From contig OX337240.1 in assembly GCA_946965045.2 (NCBI GenBank), positions 930,001-994,000 of the forward strand: 64,000 nt of DNA, read 5' to 3'. Every line of letters begins with the position of its first letter. Positions within the stretch are counted from its first letter, which is position 1. A program made the position numbers and the translations under genes. The stretch is from Epithemia pelagica (Eukaryota; Protista; Bacillariophyta). The notes beneath the pieces are model-generated. The model was not told the origin of the DNA and did no database searches. It saw only the letters and a program-made list of their open reading frames with translations. Positions 12,079 to 23,235 of this stretch are shown here, in pieces.

Positions 12079-13383
12079 ATGGCCAACAATCTCGGAAATG
12101 AGATGGAGAAAGCCTTTGCTGAAATTGAGGCCGGGTTGGCCCGAAACGATGACTCCAGCTCAGAGGAAGATGAGCCAACCCAGGTCCCAACGCCACCTCA
12201 AGCCATCACTCAGGGACCCCAGGACTTGTCCATTCAATTGAATGTAACGAAGTCCAACATCCCTCCCTCCCCCAAAGCAACTACAAGCGTTCCACCTGTA
12301 CGGCGTGAGTCACCTCGACTCCGCCTCCAGCGACTCAAGGAAGAACAGAAGCAACAGAAGAAAGCAGCACCGAAAAAGAAAAACAAGACGTCGCCCACCC
12401 TTCCTCCTAAAGCCTCCAATAAAACAACAACAACAACGTCTAACACAACAACCAAAGGAAAGAAAGGAAAAGCACCCAAAACAACAAAGGGGAATGGAGG
12501 ACCAGGTCGAGTTCGAGGGAGAAACTTCACAGAGGACGAGACTTGGTACCTTCTGGACATCATTTCGGCGGTCGAACCTGCTGGGCAACACGATTGGGAC
12601 AGGGTCACCGAAGCATACAACGAACACTTCAACGACCCTGACCGCATGAGAGACCGGGAATCACTGAAGCGCCGTTTTGGAGCGCTTCATGGGAGGAAGA
12701 TCCCCACAGGAGACCCTGACTGTCCAAAGGAAGTCAAGGCAGCGAAGCGTATTTTAATCGAAATACAACAACGCTGCGACGTGGGAGAAAAGCCAGGCAA
12801 GAGAGACTTGGGGTTCGACTCCTCGTCTACAGACGAGAGCCTACAAGACGGAGATGCTGACTATGGAGAAGATGATGATGAAGAGGAAGAAGACAACCAT
12901 GGAGAAAAACAAGACAAACAGGACAAACTCGAGACACCGAGAACAAGTCTGTCGAAGCCACTTCGCTCGGCTACGAAGAAGCGTCTTCGACATGCGACGG
13001 AGAAGGAAGACGGAACTGATGCCATTTTGAAATACATGATGGTATCACAACAACAACGCCAAGAAGCCGACGAAAAGGAAAGGGCCTTTCGTCGAGAGAA
13101 AGAAGACGAGCGACGAGAAAGAGAGGACGCACGTGCACAGCAGGCAATGGCGATGCAACAATCAATGTTTCAGATGATGATGCAGCAGCAGACCAACATG
13201 CTGATGCTGCTGGCGCCCAGGGGACAACAGTTCCAACAACAACAGGTCCAACCACAGCAGCTCCAACACGAACTGGTCCAACCACAAAACAGTACGGCGA
13301 AACCAGCAACCCACGAAGACCACACTACGACTACGAGCGACGATACAAACAACGACAAGTACATGGAAGAACATGAAGATTAG
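12079..13383 (+). CDS. Harbinger ORF1, Myb/SANT-like DNA-binding protein
   Basis: GRNFTEDETWYLLD..PAGQHDWDRV..YN..RDRESLKRRFGAL..KIPTGDPDCP, followed by a coiled-coil/Q-rich tail. Convergent with the transposase, 19 bp apart. Confidence 0.8.
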   Translation: MANNLGNEMEKAFAEIEAGLARNDDSSSEEDEPTQVPTPPQAITQGPQDLSIQLNVTKSNIPPSPKATTSVPPVRRESPRLRLQRLKEEQKQQKKAAPKKKNKTSPTLPPKASNKTTTTTSNTTTKGKKGKAPKTTKGNGGPGRVRGRNFTEDETWYLLDIISAVEPAGQHDWDRVTEAYNEHFNDPDRMRDRESLKRRFGALHGRKIPTGDPDCPKEVKAAKRILIEIQQRCDVGEKPGKRDLGFDSSSTDESLQDGDADYGEDDDEEEEDNHGEKQDKQDKLETPRTSLSKPLRSATKKRLRHATEKEDGTDAILKYMMVSQQQRQEADEKERAFRREKEDERREREDARAQQAMAMQQSMFQMMMQQQTNMLMLLAPRGQQFQQQQVQPQQLQHELVQPQNSTAKPATHEDHTTTTSDDTNNDKYMEEHED

Positions 13384-13402
13384 ATTAATGATTATAGAAG
13401 TA

Positions 13403-14581
13403 CTACAATTGATACCCATGTTGACTCGTAAGAAATAGAGACGGATAAAAAGTAGTTCGAATCTGGTTGAAGCCCACACACGAAGCCCTGTAGTTGTATA
13501 GAAGGACTATTAGCGAGATGAAAATTTTCCTTTCCCCAAACTCTTCGTACTTGATTCGATCCTTTAAGCGAGGGAAGGAGGCTTGCAAGCCTCTCATCCC
13601 CCACTCTGACAGTTGCCTGACCGAAGTGGCGGCCTTGTGCATCTCCCTTGTGTTTCTGACTCGACCTTGCCTGTCCAGATTGTTCTGGTGAGACTTCAAA
13701 AGGCTCGGACGAGACTCCGACCCAAATGCAGAGTCAACCACAACCCGTCCGCCACCACGTCGTTGTTCTCGGTTATGCACCAAGTCCAACTTCTCGTATG
13801 TCTTCGAATAGTGGGCAAGGGTGGAATCATGCCATGATCCGGGCGCGTTGATGTAACACGCCCGGATCTTTCCGTCGGGAGAAAAAACGAAAAGGTTAGA
13901 AATATAATGATCGCATTTCCACCCATTATAAAAAATATTCTCGACATCGGGGTTGGCTTCGATGAGGACTTTCAGACCATCCATCGCTCCCCACACATTC
14001 TTGAGGACCGGATACTTAGCGCTTATTACCTCCTTGAAGCTCGCAACTTCAGCTTTCGTAGGTAGTCTGACCTCTGCATCTGGGTGGTCCTGCAGAACCT
14101 TCACGAGAAGACGACGTCCGAAGCGCAACCAAACGGAAACTGGGTTAGCAGTTAGCCCAAAGATGATCTGTAAGGGCACTGTTGAACCCCGAGTACGCGT
14201 CCACGCGAGGACTAATCCTAGACATATCGTTGCAGTAACTTGTCGTTTGCGTCCTGTCCTCCCAGTCTGTCGGACGCGTCTCATGTGGAATTTGCCATTA
14301 GCCTTCTGTGGATAGGGACTCCACTGGAGAAACAATGGAGTAAACATTTCTAGCAAACTATTGAATGACGCATGATCAAACCCACACAAAGCTATTAACG
14401 AGGGGTCGTCGCCGCTATTATACAGCTTCATGAACGAAGAGTACTTTGGATGAAGCAGAGCTGCACGACTAATCCCTCCCGAACGATTGCGAAGACGCTG
14501 TCGTTCGATAAGACGACGAAGACGCTTTTTCTTTTTCTCCTGTAGGAGAAGAAGGATCAGCGCTGTGTCATTTTCATCCAT
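13403..14581 (-). CDS. Harbinger/HARBI1-like DDE transposase (DDE_Tnp_4)
   Basis: Motifs WGAMDG, FYNGWK, PGSWHDS, VVDSAF and VRQLSEWGMRGLQASFPRL; open 392-aa ORF. Confidence 0.92.
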   Translation of the reverse strand: MDENDTALILLLLQEKKKKRLRRLIERQRLRNRSGGISRAALLHPKYSSFMKLYNSGDDPSLIALCGFDHASFNSLLEMFTPLFLQWSPYPQKANGKFHMRRVRQTGRTGRKRQVTATICLGLVLAWTRTRGSTVPLQIIFGLTANPVSVWLRFGRRLLVKVLQDHPDAEVRLPTKAEVASFKEVISAKYPVLKNVWGAMDGLKVLIEANPDVENIFYNGWKCDHYISNLFVFSPDGKIRACYINAPGSWHDSTLAHYSKTYEKLDLVHNREQRRGGGRVVVDSAFGSESRPSLLKSHQNNLDRQGRVRNTREMHKAATSVRQLSEWGMRGLQASFPRLKDRIKYEEFGERKIFISLIVLLYNYRASCVGFNQIRTTFYPSLFLTSQHGYQL

Positions 14582-15087
14582 GGTGCAACGAAGGTGCAGG
14601 TATGACTATTGACTACGGAAGGAGGAATACGAAAGGCGTCTCACAGTGGAAATGCAAATGTCGAGGTGGAGGGAGTCTCATTGGGGGGAAATGGCGGGAC
14701 GGGCCAATGTACATATATAGTTGCGAATATCATATAACGTGCGTTGGATTGTCGAGCAAATCACACTGGTTAGGTTTTACGAATTACAGTACCACTCGCC
14801 ATCTTATACTTATAGCGTATCTTCCAGACATAAATGTAAGATTTATGGTTTTTTGAGTTTATGACTTACAGTAGAGGCCCAATGTTCCAAAAAAAGCGTG
14901 ACAAACGTGACATCATTTTTTCCAGCTCCTCTTCTCCCTCCATTGTCGACAACATTCACACAAGTCCTCTTTTCCCTGTTGCTGCACTTCCCGTGCCAAT
15001 ATCGACGAGAGACGCCCCCAGTACAAGGACGACACCACACCTTTTCTCAATCTGATTGGATCAATCAACCGTTTTGCTACAGTTTAT

Positions 15088-18000
15088 TTGGAGCACCAGC
15101 ACCACCACAAAACGTGCTTTCCCCTGGAACGAGAACCCTCTTGTCTTTCGTTCAAGCCAAGGACAACGACGATAACAACCTTCACCATCACGACTGCGAC
15201 AACAACCAACGGTAGAGTCGGTTGGAATCGACAAAGACTGACTCTTGGGTGGTGGTGGATCCAGCTATTCCTCGTTGTTTTCTTTCTTGGTGGACCACAA
15301 TCACCGTCGTTCGCCTTCTCCGTCCAAAACCCTCGACAACAAGTACGAGTACGACAGCTTGTTCCTCGAGGTTCCTTGGTCTCTTCTAGTTTGTCACGTG
15401 TCGCCATGTCGTCTCCGTCGCACAACCAGCAACCAGAGGAGGAGCGAGGGGACAATGCCAAAACGGCCGCCGCCACGGGCAAATTTCAATTTGCCATTGA
15501 TCGAGGAGGGACCTTTACCGATTTGTATTGTCAATTGCCCAATGGAACAGCCGTTGTGCGCAAACTCTTGTCAGAAGATCCCTTGCATTATACCGATGCA
15601 CCCACGGAAGGCATTCGACGCGTCTTGCACGAATTCTCGTCCACCCCCGACTTGTACCACAATAATGGTGGAGGGCCGAAAAAAATTCCCACGCACGAAA
15701 TTCATTCCATTCGCATGGGAACCACGGTAGCGACCAATGCGCTCTTGGAACGGACGGGACAAGCCATGGCTTGGATTACCACGCAAGGCTTTGCCGATGT
15801 CTTGCAGATTGGCACACAAGCGCGTCCGGATATTTTTGATTTGACCTGCGCCAAACCATCCTTGTTGCATCAACAAGTCGTCCAAGTAAGAGAACGGGTC
15901 GTTTTGAAACAATGGGCACCCACCGAGTGGCACAATCAATATTCCACCGTGACGGGTGTTACGGGCGAACATGTCTTGATTGTCCAAACGCCCGACTTGA
16001 CACAAATCAAGAAGGAGTTGCAAGCCTTGCATGACAATCATGGCATTACGGCCTTGGCCATTTGTCTGCTGCATGCCCACGTGTATCCAGACCACGAAAA
16101 AGCCATTGCTCAAGTCGCCCACGAATTGGGTTGCTTTACACAAATTTGTACCAGTCATGAAATCATGCCCATGGTCAAGCTCGTCTCACGGGGTCATACC
16201 ACGAGTGCGGCCGCCTACTTGACACCGCACATTACTCAATACGTGGCGTCCTTTGTGCAAGGGTTTGATGACCAGTTACTTAGCAATACACGCTTGCAAT
16301 TTATGAAATCCGATGGAGGATTGGCACCGGTCCATGACTTTGGAGGACATCAAGCCATTTTGTCGGGACCCGCCGGAGGTGTCGTGGGCTATGCCAAGAC
16401 CCTCTTTCCAACGACGGACGACGGGGCAACCACGACTCCGCCCTTTGCATCGTCTCCGGTCCGCATGCCCGTCATTGGTTTTGACATGGGTGGGACCAGT
16501 ACTGACGTGTCGCGATACGATGGAGAGCATTGGGAACACGTCTTGGAAACCGTCACAGCCGGCATTGCCATTCAAGCACCGCAACTGGACATTCAAACCG
16601 TGGCTGCGGGAGGAGGATCGCGCTTGTTTTGGCGAGGCACGCATTCCGATGATTTGCTTCAAGTTGGACCCGAATCGGCTCGAGCCTTTCCCGGACCCGT
16701 GTGTTATCGTCATGCCGGAGGACACTTGGCTGTCACGGATGCCAATGTCGTCTTGGGACGGTGTTTGCCAAAATACTTTCCCTCCATTTTTGGACCGAAT
16801 GAAAATGAACCTCTCGATATCGAAGCATCACGACGAGCCTTTGAGCAATTGTTACAACAACATTCCATGGACGACGACCACCAGAGCAGTACTACTAGTG
16901 GCATGGATTCCGTCGAGGCCTTGGCCTATGGATTTTTGCAAGTGGCCAATGAAGCCATGTGTCGCCCCATTCGCAATTTGACCCAAATGAAGGGACATGA
17001 TTTGGCCAAACATGTCCTGGCCTGTTTTGGGGGTGCCGGACCGCAGCATGCCTGTGCCATGGCGCAACGATTGGGGATGAAAAAAGTCTTTGTCCATCGG
17101 TATTCGGGAATCTTGTCCGCCTATGGACTGGCTCTCGCCGATGCCGTCGAGGAAGCCCAAGAACCCACGGCGCAAGTCTTGATGCAACAACAGGAGGACT
17201 TGCCAGACAATCCGAAACCACCACTGGAGGAGTTGACTGCGCATGGAAAAGAGCGGTTGCAACATTTGGAAGACAGAGCACGACACGCCTTAATCAAGCA
17301 AGGATACATGGCCGAAAGCATTCAAGTACAACGCTTTGTGAATTTGCGCTATCAAGGAACTGATACCTCCATCATGATTGCCGAAAGTGCGGATTCCAGC
17401 TTTGCTCAAGAATTTGAAGCCGTCTATCAACGAGAATTTGGTTTCACCCTTGAAGGACGAGAGATTTGGATTGATGACTATCGTGTGCGGGCTATGGTGC
17501 CTGGTCCACCCGCCGCACTCCGGTCCAGTGACAGGTCCGAACCGCCGCCCTTGGTCCCCGACGATACCACGCGAGCCTACTTTGAAACGGGATGGCACGA
17601 TCAGGTGCCCGTCTACAAAATGGAACAATTGCATCCGGGCCATGTCATTGATGGACCCAGTATTATTGTACAACCCATTTCCACCGTCGTCCTGGAACTC
17701 AATTGTCAAGCCGTGGTGAATGCCAATGGCGATTTGGAAATTACCGTCGAAAAGAGCCATACAGGAAGCAACGCGAAACAAGAGAGCTCGGTCGAGACAG
17801 AACATACTGCACCGGTACTGACCGGCCCCGATCCTGTTCAATTGTCCATTTTTGCTCATCGGTTCATGGGAATTGCCGAGCAAATGGGACGCACACTCCA
17901 ACGGACCGCCATTTCGGTCAATATGAAGGAACGCCTCGATTTCTCGTGTGCCCTTTTTACCAAGGACGGAGGCTTGGTGGCCAATGCACCTCATATTCCA

Positions 18001-19552
18001 GTCCACTTGGGGGCCATGGAACGAGCCGTGCGATACCAAGTGGAATCTTGGAGTCAAGGGGAAGGCTTACAGGAGGGCGACGTTTTAGTGTCCAATCATC
18101 CGCAATTGGCGGGTGGATCTCATTTGCCGGACATTACCGTCATTACGCCCGTATTTTATCAAGGTCAAATTATTTTCTTTGTTGCCAGTCGGGGTCATCA
18201 TGCTGATATTGGCGGCATTGCGCCAGGATCCATGCCTCCCCATTCACAGACCTTGCAAGACGAAGGCGCCATGATTGTAGCCTTCAAATTGGTGCGGCAA
18301 GGTGTGTTTCAAGAAGCGGGTATCACCGAATTGTTGGAATCGCCTGGAAGATTGGGCATCCCTGGAAATGTCGGTACCCGCAATCTACGAGATAATTTGA
18401 GCGACTTGAGGGCTCAAGTGGCTGCCAACACGGCCGGAATCCGATTGTTGCAGGATCTGGTGCAGGAATATGGGTTGAGCCAAGTTCAACACTACATGGT
18501 GTGGATTCAACAAACGGCTGAGACGGCAGTACGAACTCTCCTCAAAGAATTTGTAAAGAAACATGGAAGTTCGAAAGCCCATGCTATTGACTATATGGAC
18601 GATGGTTCTCCGATTGAATTGACGATTCACATTGATCCTGACACAGGGTCGGCGACCTTTGATTTTACTGGGACCGGGCCACAAGTGCTATCCAATCACA
18701 ACGCCCCACCAGCTGTGACCTACAGCGCTGTTATTTATGCTTTGCGATGTTTGGTGGCGCAAGACATTCCATTGAATCAAGGCTGCTTAGCCCCCATCAA
18801 ATTCATCCTGCCCAAATATTCTTTGTTGCATCCGTCTGACGATGCCGGTGTCGTGGGTGGAAATGTACTGACCAGCCAAAGGATTGTGGACGTTGTGCTA
18901 CGGGCCTTTGAGGCTTGTGCGGCCAGCCAAGGTTGCATGAACAACTTAACCTTTGGTGATGATAAGTTTGGATACTACGAAACCATTGCTGGTGGTGCTG
19001 GGGCTGGTCCAACATGGAACGGTGTTTCAGGTGTACATACGCACTGTACCAATACCCGCATTACGGATCCAGAGATATTGGAAAGGCGGTAAGTGTGTCG
19101 ACGTGTAGTGATTGTGACGGAGTCTATCCTGACCCCGGTTTTACAACATGCGGATTATTCGCCGGTGGGCAATCTTTAGGTATCCTGTCATGTTGCATGA
19201 GTTCTCTATTCGCCGAGGGAGTGGAGGACGTGGTCAACACGTCGGTGGTGATGGTGTCGTGAGAGAATTGGAACCTCTTCGACCCTTGACCGTGAGTTTA
19301 TTGACAGAACGTCGTGCGTTGCGACCTTATGGAATGCACGGCGGTGAAGATGGTTCTTCCGGTCGCAACTTGCTTATTCGCGCGAGTGACGAAGAAAACA
19401 AACTTGTCATCAACATGGGTGGACGGTGCAGCCGAACCATGACAGTTGGAGAGCGACTACGTATCGAAACACCTGGAGGTGGTGGATATGGATCATCCAG
19501 CAGACGACAATATAGAGGTTCGTCCAAGAATACGCTTTCGAGCGAAATTTGA
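15088..19552 (+). CDS. OXP1: 5-oxoprolinase (ATP-hydrolysing), intron 19089-19179
   Basis: Motifs [63 protein letters not shown] and [20 protein letters not shown]. The GTAAG..TTTAG intron joins exon 2 (ORF 19148-19552). Confidence 0.95.
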
Positions 19553-19870
19553 TGACGGATCTTTGGTACTCATCAACGAAAAAAGATCCATGATCGAAAC
19601 ACTCTTGTGTTTTATCTTACTCACTACTTCTTCATAAGAGATGTGTTCGACAAGGGTTCTAAAGACTCCCTCATGAACACATTCATGAAGTTTACCAGGA
19701 CAAAATACTTATGAAACTGGAAACGAAGTCCTCATGGAGAAAAGAGACGGGAGACCCCCGCAGAGCTGCAAATAGAGTAATTGGCTCGTTCACTTCGTCT
19801 TATCAGGGATGACAAAGAGGATCCTGACCCGTCAAGAATAGATTTGGAAAGTTCAAAGGCGAACATTCTG

Positions 19871-20680
19871 TTCCACGAGGTGTGAAACCGTTCTTTGTAC
19901 CACTACATGCCGCTGCAGGTGGGACCAATGAAAATTCTCCCTCTCGTGCCATTGCGAGGACGCTGAACTACTTTTCGGTCGGTTCCATTGTTCAAGTATC
20001 CTCACGGACCTGGCCCGGTACGTGTGCTTTTCCTGTGGTTGTTGCGAATCTCCGCCCTCGTTCGAATGGCTAACTTTTTTGGTTTTGTTTTATGCGGTCA
20101 GACATTAACAAACCGGGAGGTGTAAGGGTTTGACACGGTGGGACGACCCAGTCTCGCCATGATGCACAAGGTTGAAGAGGAAAGGAAAGAAACACGCCAA
20201 ACCCTTGTTGGTGGAATCAGCCAAGTCACCGAAAAAGCGTTTGAGCGAGGAACCTCCCCCAGGTGCCAGTCACCGAAACAAGAGGCTGAAACGGGCCATA
20301 GCCGCTGTGGTGTCCACCAGGAAAAGTGCCTTGACTAAGAACAAAAGTCGCAAACAGCAACGGCGAGACCCACCTCCTCTTGTACTGGGTAATACCGAAA
20401 ACTGTGCGCAAGCCAATGAGCAATACTCCGAGCAGTTCCAGGACGCTGTTCAAAAAGGAGTCTTGTATGTCACAGTCTCCAGTTTGTCTCCACCAGAAGC
20501 CGAATCCGTGACTCGTCTGTGTACCCTTTCCCAATCCATGGGACCTGTCACGGTTAAACAATGTGACACACTTTCGGCCAAAGTAAGCATGTGCTTGGTT
20601 CCTACCCCTGCACCGAACCAGCCAACCTTGTGGCGCGTAGTCTCGTCTGTGTAGCCTTTCCTAATCCATGGGACCTGTCA
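19871..20680 (+). pseudogene. Deleted, truncated duplicate of the BRCT gene (copy of ~6-1020)
   Basis: Nucleotide match to 6-260 and ~490-1020 with an internal deletion. 20640-20680 re-copies 20509-20549 at the break. Confidence 0.85.
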
Positions 20681-20700
20681 CCGTTCACCGCACCTATCAC

Positions 20701-22605
20701 TTATTTGCATCCGCTTCCTCGTCCCCTCTCATCACCACGAAAAGAAGAAAACTGTTTGAGGATCTCTTCCAAAGTCGAAATTGTTTGGTGGATGCAGTCT
20801 GGAGGTTGTCGAAGTCCAAAGTCTGCGGGATCCTCGCCGTCCTTCGACTTGAGGTATTCCTCGGTCATTGCCGCCATTCGATGAAGTTTGTCAACTGAGC
20901 TCTTCTCCTCGTTCAGATTGTCAAAGAGACTGGAAGGAGAAGTCAGCAGCAAGAATGAAGCCACCAATTGGATCTGCGTGTACAACAGTGCTTGTGTCCA
21001 TGCACGCAAGAAATTGGGATACCGCAAGTATGCATATACTACACTGTCGTCCTCGAGGATTCTCTTAGGCGCATTTGCCTTCACTGTCCCTTCATCCAGA
21101 TCAATTAGCGTCAACTTTTGGGAAACGGCGTTGTAAACCAGGTTGTGTGGAAGAGCATCCCCGTGGAAAAGACTATCGCACAAGGATTTTGTCTCTCTCC
21201 ATAAAATACTGAAAATGGAGCAAAATTTGTGGAAACCGAGAGCGGCAATGGTTTCCTCCTTAACGGCATCGCCACAATCGTGCATGAGGAAAACTCCCAA
21301 CTGATCAGTTCCGTATGGCAGTACACAGTATGTGTCGTAGTAATGCTGCTGGTACTTGTTAAAAAGTTCAATCACCGACTTGGCAGGGTTGGGCCGGAGA
21401 GATGTATCCTTCAACCTTACTTTGAGATAGAAATGTTTGGTAGAATCTGCTGGTTTCAATGATTTGAAAAAATCACTAACTTGCCCTTCAAATTTCTCCC
21501 AACTTTGACCTAAGGAGGGGGGAAATCTGTCCAAGAGTAGTGTTATTTCATCTTTGTTCCCACAAAAGACCATTGACGTCGTGCCATTGGAGACGAGATG
21601 CGGGCTGTTCCATAAGGCTTCCGGTAATGTGAGAAGAGCTGGAATCCTGTGCGAAGCTGCAATCACCTGCTTGATTTCACCACCAATTTCCTGCGTCTTG
21701 CCGTTCCTGAGAAAGTGCACTAGAAGCTGAACTCCGAACAAATCATCAGTCCGACACTGTGTCCAAAAGACTTGTGAAAGAAGGGAATCACCCAGATGCT
21801 CAGGTGCTGATAGTCGGACAAGGCCCACCGCGTATTCGTTCTTCTTCGCACCAAAGCAACCGTAGCCGCAGATGCAAAATCCAAAGACGGACCGCACTTT
21901 CATTCCCATGTGCACGCGGAAAAAATAGAGAAGGGCACAGAGGTATAAGGCGCACTGCTTTGAAGCATTGGGTTTTGAGTAGGTGGAATCATTTTTTATT
22001 TCCCCAAAGTGAAGGGCCCTTTCTCGAACAACAGTCAAATCTGGTAGAGAGGTGGTTGTCACATTCAATCCCTTCAACAATCTCTCCTGGATCAGGATTT
22101 CATTCGCTCCTTCATCTCGACTTAGACAAGATTCGTAGAACTCATTCAAGAGTGCTTTCAGAGGTGTTTCCTGGTAGCGTTCATTTCGTCGGAAAAATCG
22201 CCGTAACATTATCTCGCTTTCCCACTGTGATGACGAAACGGGAAATTCAACGCCATGATTGCGCTTGAGTTCCGTAAAGATGGCATTGCGTAGCCCATTC
22301 TCCGACAGCCTTCTATCCTTCAAAGCTCGTTTCACGTTATCCCCGATGATCTCGGAGGACGGTGCGATATGTGACTTGTCCGGAAAGAAAATGTCAGGTT
22401 TGTCCACGGCAATCTCTTCAATCTCGGCTGGGTGGTGGTCGTGCAATATGGCGGAGGACTTGCTGGCACAAAGGGCGCCCGAAGGTGCGGGGCGCTCCAT
22501 CAAGGCCAGTCTTTTTCTCTTTAGTGGCCTGTCGCTTCGGTCGTCTGCTGTGCTGGCAATGGGTTCCATGCTTGTAGGAGTAGTTTTAATCTCTTTGGTT
22601 TGCAA
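20701..22605 (-). CDS. Crinkler-like (CR) effector: PD-(D/E)xK nuclease + protein kinase-like domain, copy 1
   Basis: LPDLTVV..HFGEIKN..KQCALY (REase PD..ExK..QxxxY) followed by FYLKV..HGDALPHNLVY..LIDLDEG (kinase catalytic loop and DFG-like motif). Confidence 0.65.
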   Translation of the reverse strand: MQTKEIKTTPTSMEPIASTADDRSDRPLKRKRLALMERPAPSGALCASKSSAILHDHHPAEIEEIAVDKPDIFFPDKSHIAPSSEIIGDNVKRALKDRRLSENGLRNAIFTELKRNHGVEFPVSSSQWESEIMLRRFFRRNERYQETPLKALLNEFYESCLSRDEGANEILIQERLLKGLNVTTTSLPDLTVVRERALHFGEIKNDSTYSKPNASKQCALYLCALLYFFRVHMGMKVRSVFGFCICGYGCFGAKKNEYAVGLVRLSAPEHLGDSLLSQVFWTQCRTDDLFGVQLLVHFLRNGKTQEIGGEIKQVIAASHRIPALLTLPEALWNSPHLVSNGTTSMVFCGNKDEITLLLDRFPPSLGQSWEKFEGQVSDFFKSLKPADSTKHFYLKVRLKDTSLRPNPAKSVIELFNKYQQHYYDTYCVLPYGTDQLGVFLMHDCGDAVKEETIAALGFHKFCSIFSILWRETKSLCDSLFHGDALPHNLVYNAVSQKLTLIDLDEGTVKANAPKRILEDDSVVYAYLRYPNFLRAWTQALLYTQIQLVASFLLLTSPSSLFDNLNEEKSSVDKLHRMAAMTEEYLKSKDGEDPADFGLRQPPDCIHQTISTLEEILKQFSSFRGDERGRGSGCK

Positions 22606-22898
22606 GTAGTACTTACGGTAGGCGCTGCATCATGGTGAAGTTTTTCCCGTGGAATCGCCGGCGTGGCTTTTGCGGCGGGGGCAATTGCCCGTCGAGGCAT
22701 ACATCCCCTTAGCGGAGGAAAGTCATGAGGATTAGTGATCGAAATTTGACTAGCATTCTCTATTTGCACACCAAAAGCACGACACACATGCGACCTCTTA
22801 CCCCTAGTTGGGGGTAGTCGTGTCATTCTCCCGACAACTGGGACGCGAAAGTACGGCCAGACATTGGGAATTATTAATCCTATCTTTTCACAATCTTG

Positions 22899-23235
22899 TT
22901 GTTGCATCAACTATCAACAAGTCGTCCAACTCTAGCATCAAGCATAAAAAAGTGAGCCGAAGAAAGAACGAGTCGTTTTGAAACAAGGGAGTGATTGGCA
23001 CAATCAATATCCCACCGTGACGGGTGTTACGGGCGAACATGTCTTGATTGTCCAAACGCCCGACTTGACACACATCAAGAAGGAGTTGCAAGCCTTGCAT
23101 GACAATCATGGCGTTACCGCCTTGGCCAAAGATCTTGTGTTTTATCTTACTCACTACTTCCTCATAACAGATGTGTTCGACAAGGGTTATAAATACTCCC
23201 TCATGAACACATTCATGAAGGATACCAGGACAAAA
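22899..23235 (+). repeat. Patchwork of copied local sequence (oxoprolinase ~15862-16060 joined to ~19604-19705)
   Basis: Direct sequence match to both donor segments, with small indels. Confidence 0.85.

Larger units (their letters stand above)
11756..14871. mobile_element. PIF/Harbinger (PHIS)-type DNA transposon, two convergent intact ORFs, 3116 bp
   Basis: Inverted repeat CTCTACTGTAAGTCATAA (11751-11768) / TTATGACTTACAGTAGAG (14859-14876) encloses a Myb-like ORF and a DDE_Tnp_4 ORF. TA flanks both ends (11754-55, 14872-73). Confidence 0.85.
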
